64,000 bases of DNA from Eledone cirrhosa (GCA_964016885.1 OZ024742.1:169384001-169448000); one strand, 5' to 3'. Positions 26,750-40,089 are shown, counted from the first letter of the stretch. Numbers and translations: made by a program. Notes: generated by a model from the letters alone, not told the origin.

Positions 26750-28870
26750 TAACAATCGGCATCTCTTTGACAGAGACTTAGCATAGACATGGGAGACGTA
26801 ACAAGGAGATCCCTCTGTAATTGGAACAATCTCTCTTGTCTCCCTTTTTGAAAATTCGAATTGCAACTCCCGATTGCCATTGCTTAGATGTCTTTAAAGA
26901 GATCCAGGTCACCTGGCACACACGAGTCAGTTAAAGAATACCTTCTCTATTTAATGTTGTTAACATCTCGGGCCGAATTTTATCTTCCCCAGCGGCATTA
27001 CCACATTTGAGTACTTTAACTGTTCTTGTGACCTCAACCTCTGAGAGATTAGTCAATGCTCCCAGATACATCTTGTGTATATCAGAAGATACAGTTGTGA
27101 TCAGGTTTAGGAGATCAACAAAGAATTCTTTCCACCTCACGAAGATGTGTGGCGAAATCTGTCCACACGTTGACCCCTCTCTCTCTCTCTCTCTTTCACT
27201 CAATCTCTCTCTCTTTCACTCAATCTCTATCTCTTGGTCTCTCTCAACCAAGCCAGTGAATTTCATGACGTTTTCTTGGTAAATACAATTTAATTCTACT
27301 TTTACAAACAAACAAAAAATATCCATAATTCTTATGTATTTTTCATATAGCTTCGACGTAAGCTATTTTCAATAATTTAATAATATAGTGGTTCGGTCTT
27401 ATCGTGGTACAGTTATATATATTCGTTTTCTGCGTAGTCAAGGAACTATCATATCATCATCATCTTAATGAACACTTACTCACTTACCTGCACACATGCA
27501 GCCTCGTGTCACACTGTATCACACAACAGTGACCACACGACATAGCAAGCTACAAGTGAGCACACATGCAACAAACGAATCAACACCACAACACAATCAA
27601 CTACCAACACGACCATCAGATTATTCGCTATAGATGCACGTCTCTGAAGAGAGGAGAACCCCGGACGCGTTCTTGATAGAGTGTGTGGAGGAGGACTTTT
27701 TATTACAAAGTCGGCGAATAGTCAGCAGACCACTGATCTGAAGTCGGATTCCAGCTAAACCCCAAAGTCCTCCCATGTCTTTAGACACCTTTACTGTCTT
27801 TGCTGTTTGGGTGACATCTTTGACCACTTGTTTGAACCAAGGGGTCCTCCTGCCATTCGGCGCCGCACCAAGCCTCTTTCACCTGCAGCATTTAACAGCT
27901 GAAACAGAAACTGCTGCGCTGAACAATCTCCACTCAGGGAGTTCTCTGAATTTGGATGCAATAGTATCTGCATACCTGATCTTGACTTCCTTATCCACCA
28001 ATGCTTCCCACTTTATCCTAAGGTCGCCCTGGACCTTCCAGTTTTGTGGGCTTCCTTAGCTTTAGTTAGTCTCTCAAGTTGCAGATAACTAGATGGTCAT
28101 CAGTTGACAGCTCAGCTCCTCTCTTAACATGAACATCCAGCACAGAATCAAAGAAATGAGAAACAATAACAGAATCAATTATTGATCTCTGTCCCTGATT
28201 CCCCTTATACCATGTATATTTATGGATGTCTCTGTGCTGGAAGAAGGTATTCATAATAGAGAGTCCATTGCTAGAAGTCTAGTAAGGCTTTTCCATTCGT
28301 ATTGATCGGGGTCGCCATTCCTTCCAATCACTCCTTTCCGTGTCAGGTGGTCAGTGCCAACATATGCATTGATGTCTCTCATCAGGATATATGACTCAGC
28401 CTTAACTACATCTAATGCTGCAGTGACTTCATTAAGGAAGGACCTGTATTCAGATTCCTTGTTTGGTGCATAAACTTGCACCACCCACAGAGAGCTTCAA
28501 TAGGCAAATCCTTCCTATTAACGGGATCCAGTTCACAACATATTCTGACAGGTGGGGGCTTGTGAGTATCCCCACTCCCGCCTGTGTAGTCATTTCTGGT
28601 GCCACATCTGAATAGTGGAGTTTCCATCCTCCATCCAAATCTACAGTATCAGAGCCACGGGACTTTGTTGAGGAGACTCCGACTATATCTAGCCTCCTCC
28701 TATAGTTCCTGCTCCTTACCTGTAGAGGTTGTGTTATTCCAGGTTCCAACTGTTAAGGTTTGCTCCCTTCTGGACCATCTTTGGGGTCTTGGGATACGCA
28801 ATTTTTGTGCGTGCATCCTACTCCTCACAGGACAGACCGCAGGCCCATCACTAGTTTTTGCTGCATGAAA
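26750..28870 (-). mobile_element. Degenerate RTE (Rex3/Expander-like) LINE, endonuclease region and RT start, interrupted at about 27180-27740
   Basis: Peptides VGTWN, LDIVGVSSTK, QVYAPN, MNTFFQHRDIHKYTW, STDDHLV and GNAAGEDKIRPEML. Confidence 0.85.
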
Positions 28871-29622
28871 TGGAGACTGCAATATAATTTTCGAACAGGC
28901 CCTTCTACCTAAGGCCTGAACGTGTCATTGTTAACCCGCGCGAAGGACGATGCGGTATGGTTCTTTTTTGTTTTCCTTGTCATATTACAGTTTCAGTGGT
29001 CTTATTCATGTCAGTCACCTATCCAGTACTTTGCAAACCCGCGAAAACTAGGCTTTTTTAGAGGCGACCTTTACTCGCCTCGTCGTGGCTACATTACTGG
29101 GTTGTGAGAATTTTCTTGGGAGCTACAGGTGTCACTCATTGCTCAATCTCCCCTAGTAGTTTACCGCAGTTGCCTGCTTATATCACAACTAGCCACCATA
29201 TCTGGTGGCCGTATCACTATCCACCACCTGCGACTCGAAATTTTCTTGAAATTTTCACAACAATCTGTCCAGTAGTAAAGATACTATGAACATTTGAATT
29301 AACAGGCTTGTTTTTCGATATTTTCTGCTAAACGATTACAGGATGTTTACGAGCTAAAAAGTGAGGATGGGAGACAAAAAGAGAACAATTATGTGACTGG
29401 AATACCACTATTGTATGGGAACAAACAATACTATCCTTATATAAATGATTGAATCCAAACAAGTGCCTTCTTACTTCTGTTCGCGAAACCCCATATTTGA
29501 TTGACCTCCACTGCTTTCTGTTTTAGTTTTGGTCATGTCAAGGGGTCTAGCCATACTCACCACGCATGGCCAATTACCCTTTATATATATATATATATGT
29601 ATGAATGCTGGAAGGTTATTTA

Positions 29623-29683
29623 TTCATTCTGACGACTGAAGAGAGGCATAACATCTACCTTCAAGAAACCACTGGTAAATGAA
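29623..29683 (+). ncRNA. Type I hammerhead ribozyme motif
   Basis: TTCATT-CTGACGA-(C)TGAAG...CTTCA(A)-GAAA-CCACTGG-TA-AATGAA. Its 3' half is repeated at about 29745-29800. Confidence 0.7.
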
Positions 29684-30339
29684 ATAATTATCTTATGTTG
29701 TTTATTACATAATTATATATATATATATATATAGTTCAAGAACTGCCTTCAAGAAACCACTGGTAAATGAAATAATTATCTTATGTTGTTTATTACATAA
29801 CTATATGTTTTGTTTATACCATTACTTATTTGCATAGGTAAGTATATATTACCTGTATGTTTTGTGAAGGTACGTATACCTTCTCGTACGTATATTTGAT
29901 TGTATATGTTATGGCGTATAATTTTATAGATTCTGGTACATATGGTTCGGCTATGTGTATACGGGAGTTTTGCGTCTGTGTGAGTATGCAGGTTCGTACG
30001 TATGTAGGGTGTGTGTATATGTGTACTTCATGTTTTGGTTGACTTACGTCTCTGAACATCTGTGTATTTACATGTAGGTATGTGTGTGCGCTTGTTATAT
30101 ACGTATTTATTTATTTATATACGTTTATTTAATTACTTATTTATTTGTATACACGCATACACACATACACATATTTATATGTGCGTGGTTTTGTATACCT
30201 ATGGTAAGTGTTTTCGCGTATGCTTGTGTATGTACGTATTTGTATGCGTGTATGTTTTTATTTATTTAATTTCTATTACTTCTGTATTGTTTTTATTTAC
30301 TTTGTTCTTAACCCTGAAGCGGAGATTCATTTGGTCTCC

Positions 30340-30770
30340 TAGTTAGAATTTTAGTCTACGACTTCTGCTATACCATTTACGTGGTTTTGTCTTTGCATGC
30401 AATTGTTCTCCACACTCCACATATGACGTATTATCTTCGTTTTTTTCGTTCATTGCCAGAGAACGTCTCTATGAACCTCCTAAGAGAACATTAGTCTACG
30501 ACCTCTTTTATACCATAAACGTGGTTCTGTCTTTGCGCGTAATTGTTTTTCACCGCTCCTATTAATGACGTATTATATTCGTTTTTTCCCGTTCTTTGCC
30601 AGGGAACGTTTCCACGAACCAAAGTATCGTCTTCCTCCGGTTGCAACGTTTTTTGAAATATTCACTTCTGCGTTTACAGATTGACTTTGTTAGTTTCAGA
30701 AGATCCCGTTAAGGGTGAAAGCAGCGATTCTTTGCTTAAACTTTAATCTGTTATTTTAATAAATATATAT
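30340..30770 (+). mobile_element. Helitron 5'-region fragment with an internal ~140-bp duplication
   Basis: 30610-30770 is the reverse complement of 9560-9735, which lies inside the Helitron at 8629-10084. Confidence 0.65.
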
Positions 30771-30774
30771 ATAT

Positions 30775-31590
30775 ACCCCGAACACATAATTGGGAATATA
30801 ATCACTTATTTCCTAATGTTTGTTGGGTGAGTTGATTTGGCCGGAGTATCGCTAAAAAGCTTTCTCCGATATTGTATTTATTTATTTACTCTTGGCGCAG
30901 CAGATTTGAAAAAAATTCCCGGTATAAGGTTAGCATTTCTTTGTTTATTTTTTATATATGAATATTGATTGTTCCTTATATCTCATTCTGTTATTTTGCC
31001 CGAGAAAATATTTGTGTGTGTCATCAAATGTTGTACACACATAGATATTTTTTCAATTTCCAATTGAGTTCTTAGCACGTGGCCTGAATTCCTTTCAGAC
31101 TTCATTGTCACGCGCATGTTTTTTTTTTTTTTTTGCGGTAATTCACTTCCTCATTTTTTGAATCAGTTCGAGCACTTCGTTAGAACTGCTGGACTGGCAA
31201 CCTGACTGATACCTCAGGCACAGAAAGTGATTATCGCTAAATGCTGATGTTGGTTAGATTATCAATATTAGTATTATTGGGGCACCCACTGATGAATTAT
31301 AGGAGCCCACTTGAATATATATCTATTGATGGTATACAAGCTCCTACCTAAATTGGTATAATTTCACCCAAATTGTAGGAATCCTATAATGAAACGAAAC
31401 GTCCGTCTAGGAAGAGATATATTAGATATGTCTCATTTGAAATAATACAGCCAATTTTCCACGTAATACTTTTAGTTAGCACCCCGAACACATAATTGGG
31501 AATATAATCACTTATTTCCTAATGTTTGTTGAGTGAGTTGGAATTTGGCCGGAGTATCGCTAAAAAGCTTTCTCCGATATTGTATTTATT
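30775..31590. repeat. ~1.15 copies of a 706-bp unit (110-bp direct repeat) in (TA)n; possible Penelope-like remnant
   Basis: 30775-30882 is repeated at 31481-31590. The minus-strand peptide NIGESFLAIL weakly resembles the Penelope motif TNIGKxFL. Confidence 0.7.
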
Positions 31591-31633
31591 ATATATATAT
31601 ATAGTTATGTAATAAACAACATAAGATAATTAT

Positions 31634-31694
31634 TTCATTTACCAGTGGTTTCTTGAAAGCAGATATTGTATCTGTTTTCAGTCGTCAGAATGAA
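31634..31694 (-). ncRNA. Type I hammerhead ribozyme motif (same family as 29623)
   Basis: TTCATT-CTGACGA-(C)TGAAAACAGATA.CAA.TATCTGCTTTCA(A)-GAAA-CCACTGG-TA-AATGAA. Confidence 0.75.
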
Positions 31695-31867
31695 TAAAAA
31701 ACATGGTGTTTTTATTAAATATGGATTTGAAAACAAAATTTAAGAAATATGAAAGTGAGGCTGAGAAAAAAACGGGCGAAAAAGAAGAGGGTTAGGGTTA
31801 GATAACTAATAAGCTCTGTAGCCTACATAGAGCACTCTTTTTTCCTGTACCTTTCCGACGGAATTAC

Positions 31868-31975
<108 letters not shown>

Positions 31976-32421
31976 TTTATCCCGGGTTCAATCGGGGGTA
32001 ACCACAGTAATTAAGGTACTCAATACAAAGCAGAGTATAAATATTTAATATAGACAGGCTTCTATATTAAATCATCAGGAAGCTCTTCCTGGTGACCCGT
32101 GTGTGTGTGTCTGTTTTAGAAATACATATTTCATGCCTAAAAAAACATTACTAATATACATATTTCAAGCATTATCGTTTGTTTCTTTTAAAAAATTCAT
32201 GACACAAGTGTTTATATTCTGTTCTGGTTTCTGTTTGTATTTCATTTCTTTTTACTTTACGGCAACGTCATAAAAGATTTTCCTCATTAAAAAACGAGTT
32301 ACTTATTTTCGCACACATAAACTTCTCTTTTTTTTTCTCCCAATCTCCCCTCGTCTACCTCTCTCTGTATATATATTTACAAATACAGAAAGAGATCATC
32401 TCTCTCTTTCACTATATATAT

Positions 32422-32605
32422 ATTAGAAAATATAAGATTTCACCGTATTTTAGACGAAAGAAATTGAAAAAGATGAGTGTTGCCGTACATGCTCCCATGT
32501 ACGGCAACACTCATCTTTTTTCCATTTCTCCGAGGGTTATAAACCCCACTATCAGACTAGAAATTTCTTTAGTCTAAAATACGGTGAAAGCTTATATTTT
32601 CTAAT
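32422..32605. repeat. Nested inverted repeat: perfect 25-bp hairpin inside 44-bp outer arms
   Basis: 32467-32491 pairs perfectly with 32496-32520 (loop CTCC). 32422-32465 pairs with 32562-32605 with about 2 mismatches. Confidence 0.9.
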
Positions 32606-32981
32606 TTCAAACTCGCGCACCGTTTCAAAAACATGCTTACATGTTTACGTTTATAATTTGCTTGTTTATATATATATATATATATATATATTAAAGAGTT
32701 AAACAAGATTCAATGAGTATATCAAAGAATGAGTTTTACAGTAGATTATATATATATATATATATATATATATCGTTATCTAAGTATGAATTGCAATTAC
32801 CATATTTATAAATACAGAAAGAGATCATCTCTCTCTCACTATACACACACAAACACATATATATATATATATGTATATATAGGAGGTTAGTTTTATTGTA
32901 GAACAATAAAGCAATGCAGATATCGGATAAGTAGCACTCAACAGTTTGTAGGACTGGAGTATATATATATATATGTGTGTG

Positions 32982-33406
32982 TGTAGTGACGTGGTTAGTG
33001 GGTCTGGTCACTACTTCTGATCGGGTCTGAGAATAGCCCTGAAAAGGACTGTTATCGCATACGGTAAGGATGAACAGACGAAGGAAGAAGTTGGAAGGAC
33101 GAGCAGGCAAGAGATGTAGTTTCGTTCAGCGATTTATTCCATACATGAAGCAACGATACAGAAGTACAAGGTGTGTGTGAGTGACAGGTGTGGCAGAGGA
33201 GAGGAACAACGATACGCTAGCTGACTCTGCCAAAGGTCGACTGGCGAAAGCGTTTGGAACCACTGTATTTATACAAAAGTAATCGTTTTATTTTGGTAGC
33301 CTAAGGGTTGTTTGTTTCACTGGGGTGAGGTAGCTAGATAGGCAGATAGATAGAGTTGTTTATTTCACTGGTAAGAACAGATGTTATTTCCGGTGGTGGC
33401 TGTACA
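32982..33406 (-). mobile_element. Probable solo LTR (~425 bp)
   Basis: TGTA...TACA termini within a microsatellite. Minus-strand TATAAATA (~33270) lies upstream of AATAAA (~33135). Confidence 0.6.
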
Positions 33407-33763
33407 TATATATCGTTATCTAAGTGTGAATTGTAATTACAAAACAATGAGCCCACGATATGGACACGTAGAGGTATATATATATATGTATCATGAACAC
33501 ATACATTCTCTTTTTTTCTTGCACCATACTAGTTAAACTACAAATCTTTCTCGCTTCACGTTTACACTGACATGACACTTATTTTAAAATACCGGCACCT
33601 GCTATATTTACATACACCAATCCATATTTTCATTCATACAACACTTGTAAAGTAAGCTACAGGTGTCTTTAAAGGTTGCTGCACGGAGAAGTTTCGTTGC
33701 TTCCGGCAAAAAACGGAAACGTTTATAAGATTTAAAAAATATACACATTTTTATTCACAGTTG

Positions 33764-35870
33764 TGTAGCGGTTGTCTCCCTTGTTTTGATTGGGATCTAG
33801 ACGGGAGGTGGAACCCTTTCTGCGACTTCCGGTCAGAGCCCTATAAAACTAACAACTTTAAGCTTCCTCCCTCTCTTTGCCTTTTCGGCACCAGGTCGAA
33901 GAGCCTCTCATTTGGCTCTGCCATTAATTTGGCCAACAGGCGCCTGGCCTTAGCCAGGCGCCCTCTGCCAGCCGCGTTTGCCTGGCAATCAAAACGGTAA
34001 CTACTAACTTTGTTTCATTCTAACATCTATCTTTGACATGTCAAGTATTCTATCTACCGTTAATTAAATATTATATACACAAACAATGTCTCGTTTTGTT
34101 ACATTCATACACCCAGTATCCTCCTTATATTGGTAACCCTGACGTGATACGAACACGCAGCCGTTCATCGCTATAAGGGTCACCCCCCCAAAAAAGAAAA
34201 AAATAGCACATCTGGTTTTGTGAGTAACATTACGAATACACAGCAAATTTAGCGACAAACTATGAAAATACTCAAGGACAGGCACACACGCACATGTGGA
34301 ATTCGCACAGACATACTTTTTCTCTCACGCATCAATTAACTGTCGCATTTCACCAATATATATATATATGTTTCTCGTTTCTTACAACGAACACTTTCAA
34401 AACAAAAAAAAACATTTCACGATATATATATATGTTTCTCGTTTCTTACAACGAACTCTTTCAAAACACAAAAAAAAAAAAAAGAAATTTGATATTCTTT
34501 AAAAAACATTTCAACAGGAACATTTATTTTCGATGAACCATTGCCTTTTGTTCATCGTTTTCTTCATCGTTCAAGTTTTTTGTTTTTTTCCAAAGTTCAC
34601 ACCTATAATTATGCTGATTGAAGCCTTTCTTTTTCATCATTGTCACTTTCAAAATTGCACTATCATTTTCTCGCGCGTTAGAAATATTTTTTTTCAACCT
34701 TGTATTGGCACGTGTAGGCAGCATAAATTCTCGATTCACTGAGATGTCTCTACTCACAGACAGCCGCACGCCAGAGATAGCATTTCTCCCCCAAGGATTC
34801 TTCAGCCTTAAGCTATATTCTTCTATTTGCCGGTTTATAAATTTACAATGTAAATTTACCGTTGATAACCGCGCATTTATTAAGAATGCTTATTTCTCTG
34901 GTCGCTGGCCTCTTGACCCTTCCAGGTCAACGCATTCTCAACATCGACCATCAACTTCGGCTGCTATTTCTAGCACTTTGCGCAACTCATTTTTTTCTAA
35001 AAAAAAATTTTTTTACTGTGAATTTAAACACCGAATACGCTCACTCAGCGAGACAACAGCAGCAGCAACAGCAATATAACAGCAACAGCAATACATCAAT
35101 ACAGCTTCACCAAAGCCAGAGAATTTATTTTTGCAGCACTCTTCCTGTGAGAAAATCCATTCGGAGGTTGGAAATTTCACGATATACCACAGAACAGAAA
35201 CCACCTGCATTCATTCTCTGGAACACACTTTCTTTCCTGCTGTCATGTGATTGCACACCTGTGAACTATATTTTGAACTTTGAGCTCTTCTATTACTTTT
35301 ACTTTATTACATTGTATCTTTGGGTGATGGATAGATGGATGTCCAGTCGTTCTCTGGCCAAGAGCGGTTGGCTACCTTGATATCTATCATTGATTTTTCC
35401 AAACATTCTTTTGTCGTAATTTTCATGCCTGTTACAACATTCTCGCCAACTTGCTACATATTTTCATTTCGATTTTTATACACTAAAATTCTGGCGGGAG
35501 GTTATGTAGCGGTTGTCTCCCTTGTTTTGATTGGGATCTAGACGGGAGGTGGAACCCTTTCTGCGACTTCCGGTCAGAGCCCTATAAAACTAACAACTTT
35601 AAGCTTCCTCCCTCTCTTTGCCTTTTCGGCACCAGGTCGAAGAGCCTCTCATTTGGCTCTGCCATTAATTTGGCCAACAGGCGCCTGGCCTTAGCCAGGC
35701 GCCCTCTGCCAGCCGCGTTTGCCTGGCAATCAAAACGGTAACTACTAACTTTGTTTCATTCTAACATCTATCTTTGACATGTCAAGTATTCTATCTACCG
35801 TTAATTAAATATTATATACACAAACAATGTCTCATTTTGTTACATTCATACACCCAGTATCCTCGCTATA
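33764..35870 (+). mobile_element. Complete non-autonomous LTR retrotransposon (TRIM/LARD-like)
   Basis: 366-bp LTRs at 33764-34129 and 35505-35870 with about 3 differences; GTTG TSD; PBS; PPT-like GGCGGGAGG before the 3' LTR; no gag/pol ORF. Confidence 0.92.
34131..34148 (+). promoter_or_regulatory. Primer-binding site complementary to the tRNA-Trp 3' end
   Basis: TGGTAACCCTGACGTGAT versus the tRNA-Trp PBS TGGTGACCCCGACGTGAT (16/18), 1 nt after the 5' LTR. Confidence 0.8.
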
Positions 35871-36890
35871 GTTGTATAAATAACATTACAAATTGTTCAC
35901 AATTCTTTCAGAATGAAGATATAAACACATAATAAATACAGTTAACTGTTGCTAGGAACCTTACAAATAAAACGCACCAAAATGATGAAAGAGGGAGAAA
36001 GAAGACGAAAGAAAAAAGAAACAAAAATGACCATCAATTCACCACCAAGTGCAACAATCGGCTGCACATCAAAAGAGTCAACGAAAACTTTTGAGGCAAG
36101 CCAACACGCTCGCAGCATTACTGCGGATGATGGAAAGGTTAAGGTGTTGAAACAACCAGGCACCGTCACAGGCCTCACCTGACACCTTGGTAAGGCAAGT
36201 CACCAACGATGACAAGAACTTTGATAGTTACCGGTATTTTCGGATTTTATTCTGTTCGGCAACGGAAGCAGTGACCCTCTCATTTACCTCCATGTGGGAG
36301 GGAGAAAAGGAGTCACTAACTGTAGCGTCCTAAATGAGACATCTGCCCCTTACCCAGGGACAAAGGGTAATACCGTCTGGTCTTTTCCCATCAATTCTGG
36401 AAAATCCAGCAGACTCCAGAACTGAGGGGATATTTATCTGAGCTAGAGCCTGCTTAAAGATCAGGTTTAGCTCGGTGTGGTGGGTGAAGCAACCAGCATT
36501 CAAGTGGCAGAACAAACAATGGAGGCTTGTGGGGTCAAAGGACTTACCACAGCGACATTTCAGAACCCTACAGACATCGGATCTCACTTGGAATGCAATG
36601 GAGATGCGGAGCTCATCCTGACTGAGAAAACCAGTCTATATCAGGGTATCAATCCAGTCCCTTAGAACTTTTCGCTTGCAGAAAGTAAGCGGCACCTAGA
36701 AAATTGATCAGAATGATCAAAGAAAGAGTTAAAAGTTTCACTCATATGCAGATTGTCCCACACTCTTTGTTTCCGTCTATCCTTGTCAGTTTCAGGAACT
36801 GACAAACCCAGCTCTCTCCACTGTAGTAAAGCTTCATCCATCTCTCTCGTGGAACTTGTCCATGTTGGAGAGGAGAGGATGTCACCCAGT
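35871..36890 (-). mobile_element. CRE-clade non-LTR retrotransposon 3' part (Zn knuckle plus RLE)
   Basis: CRCGKSFD..LHCLFC, SRIDGKRPDGITLCPW, (W>*)DAT and AEQNKIRKY. Its 3' UTR continues across the LTR insertion to about 33745. Confidence 0.8.
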
Positions 36891-37229
36891 AAAGGTGTTT
36901 ATATTTTCATCATGAAAGAATTGTGAACAATGTGTAATGTTATTTATACAACTCTGAATAAAATTGGAGTTATACTATAAAACAAAAAAATTTGCTGTTT
37001 TGTGGTAGTTTAGTTTGTTTGTTGTGGGATGTTTTTGATTCAGTTATAAATATATATGTTCTTATTGTTGCTGATGGTGGTAGTGGAGTTTATCTTTGTG
37101 TTGTTACCTATTCTCGTGTGAGAACTAAAAAAAAACATTGAATTAAGTTTTATATATCTCACGACCTGTTAGCAATCACACCCAATATTTTAAATTACAA
37201 TAACAAATGAAGATGTAAAACTCTCTCTT

Positions 37230-37800
37230 TATCTAGTCCACATGATTCCTCAGGCTGACAAAGTTGTCATTCTGGGTGACTTCAATGCTAGAGTTGGCAA
37301 GGATTATGAAACCTGTGATGTGCTTGAAAACATGGAAATGGAAGGTGCAATAGCAATGTTTTGCTGCTGCTACAAAGGTGTCAGGAGTTGGATCTGTGCA
37401 TAGCAAACACTGTTTCATCAGAAGAATAACAAAAAACAACCTGGATGCACCCAGGCTCAAAGTAGTGGTACATGATTGATTATGTTCTTGTTCTTAGGCG
37501 TGATGTTTGGGATGTGTGCTGTGTCTGGGTTGTTGGACTGATCTTCATCAGGTTCATGCAAATGTGAAGTTTGCTGTGAAAGCAAAGGTTAGGGTCTATA
37601 GTCTGACCATGCCAAAGAAAGTAAATGTGGCTCGTCTAAAAGATGATGCATTTAAGGAAGAGTTAGGGGAAGAGAATGGACAATATTCAATGTGATGAAT
37701 CATGAGAAAAGTTCAAAATGTCTGCATTTTCTGGTTTATGTCTGCCTGTTCTGGGTTTAGTGGAAAGAAAACATCTAGATTGGTTTGATGCTGAAGACTG
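37230..37800 (+). mobile_element. Degenerate RTE endonuclease fragment
   Basis: DKVVILGDFNARVGKD and a TWMHP...IDYVL-like motif. Confidence 0.7.
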
Positions 37801-37861
37801 TTTTGGGTGATATGTATGTTAGATAACTTATTACTACAAACACACACACACACATATATAT

Positions 37862-37893
<32 letters not shown>

Positions 37894-38976
37894 TCCAAAA
37901 CAGGGGAGTGCACAATCAAAGACAATGGAAAAATAAACAGTCCCATCTCCTCAGTTAACCTCTGGAAATCACTACAGTTTCACTGCATTAACGTTGATAC
38001 TATTCATTCCAGTGCACATTGGAAGGCAATTAAACAGGTAGAGACAGAGATAGGACAAGTTATACCTTTCAGTGAATTACACAAATAAAGACGAAAAAAT
38101 GTAACAAACCAAAGTACATCAACTGAAAATGAATGGAAACGATACAGAAATGTTTAGCCAAAGGTGAAAAAATATGTAGAAAGGAAAGAAATAAAAAGAA
38201 TAGGAAAGAATATGGACTGCAGATCCAACAGGTAGAAGAGAAATGACAATGAGGTGCAGAAAAAGTAGGAAGGCAGGATAGAGGATGACAAATCAGGCGG
38301 TGTAATGTCCATTAATATGATAGAGGCAGAAAAAGCCTGCATGGTTAAGGCTTTCAGATATGAATTCCAAAACAGAAGGGTGCACAGGACAAAGACAACA
38401 GAAAAACAGACAGTCAATCTCTGGAAATATATTAATATCAACCAAGATCTCAGGTGCTAAGGAGTAATAGAGGAGACCTGTCCTCCCCCATGCATGGGTT
38501 GAAACATACATCTAGTATGCACCTTTACCTCCCACATCCTAACATCCCACTCTTCAATCACGTCCCTAGATCTACCTCCCCAAACCCAACACATCCTAAC
38601 ATCCCACTCTTCAATCACGTCCCTAGATCTACTTCCCCAAACCCAACACATCTCTCCCACCCTAGTCCCCAGCCCATACTGTAAACTAGTCATGTAGGCT
38701 TCACAGCAAAAAGCACCCAGTGGTTGGCATTAGGAGGGGCATCTAGCCATAGAAACCAAGCCAGAACCAGTTCTGTATGAGCAAGATATGGTCACCTGAT
38801 CTGACTTGTCTCACAACAGGACAACTCATCTAACCCATGCTAGCGTGAAAAAATGGACGTTAAACAGTGATGTTGATATATATATATTTAAACATGTATA
38901 TATATATAATAAATATGTGTGTGTGTGAGCATGGAAAAATGGGCGTTAAACAGTGATGATGATGATATAATATATA

Positions 38977-39011
<35 letters not shown>

Positions 39012-39530
39012 GTAAATATCTTTAAGTCGTTTGGAAGCCTCGACAATGCAAATGGGTAAATCTCCGGGTAACAAGGTCCGGTGGTGGAGAGAGAGATGTA
39101 AGTGGGTGTACGTTGAGATGCGTGGTGTGTATAAGATGTGTGAGATGTGTAGAATGAAGGGAAGAGTATAAAGGATAAAATAAAAATAACAACACAAGAG
39201 AGAGTTACCTTGGGAGAGATTTAATAGTCCCTATATATTTCGGATTCACATCCATCAACCGGGGTTTTTTTCCGGGGTGGGGGAAAAGGTTGTCTGTCGG
39301 ACAAGTCCGGAATGTGTCCTTCGCTGTTTGTTGTTTTGAATATCAGATATTGCAGTGGAATGATATGAACCCCAGTCCCTATCATCTCATTTCTACAGCT
39401 GAGTGAACTGGAGCAATGTGAAATAAAGTGTCTTGCTCAAGGAAACAACACATCACCCGGTCTGAGAATTGAACTCACAACCTTTCGATTGCAAGGCCAA
39501 TGCTCTAACCACTAAGCCATGTGCCTCCAT

Positions 39531-39573
<43 letters not shown>

Positions 39574-40089
39574 ATGATATATATACACACATATATATAT
39601 ATGTGTGTGTGTGCGCACATGCGTGTGTGTGTGTGCATATAAAGCTACAATTACCAAAACTAGGCTAATAATGACAATAACATTGCAAGAGAGAGGTCAA
39701 GTATAAAGGAGTGTTGTTAATAATAGTTCTATTTGGTATCATCATAATGTAATCTGTGTTAGGATGTGAAATATAGGAAGGAACATCTTAAGAGGAGCTG
39801 CTATACCATCATCATCCTTGTCAATATCATTACTATCATCACTATCATCATCATCATCATCATTGTCATCATCATTATCATCATCACCATCGTTATCATC
39901 ATTATCATGGACACCATCAATACTATTAGCATATATGTTATATATTTATGTGTGTGTGTGTGTGTTGATGTGTAGATATTGTATGTACACACACTTTTGA
40001 TCATAGGTCTACTTGACCAGAGATATACTGGAACTAAACAACAACACCATCACCACCAACAACACTACCCCCCCCCCCCCCCTCCACGT

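Noticed and set aside
29000-29200. HDV-like ribozyme at the RTE 5' end
   Set aside because: I could not assign the nested double pseudoknot by eye.
34618-35380. ORFs inside the LTR element as gag or env
   Set aside because: No CCHC, protease, RT or integrase motifs; low-complexity composition.
39225-39265. Hammerhead motif on the minus strand
   Set aside because: The topology fits (CCC/GGG, GGAT/ATCC, GAAA-TATA-TA) but the core reads CGGTTGA, with two changes. At most a dead copy.
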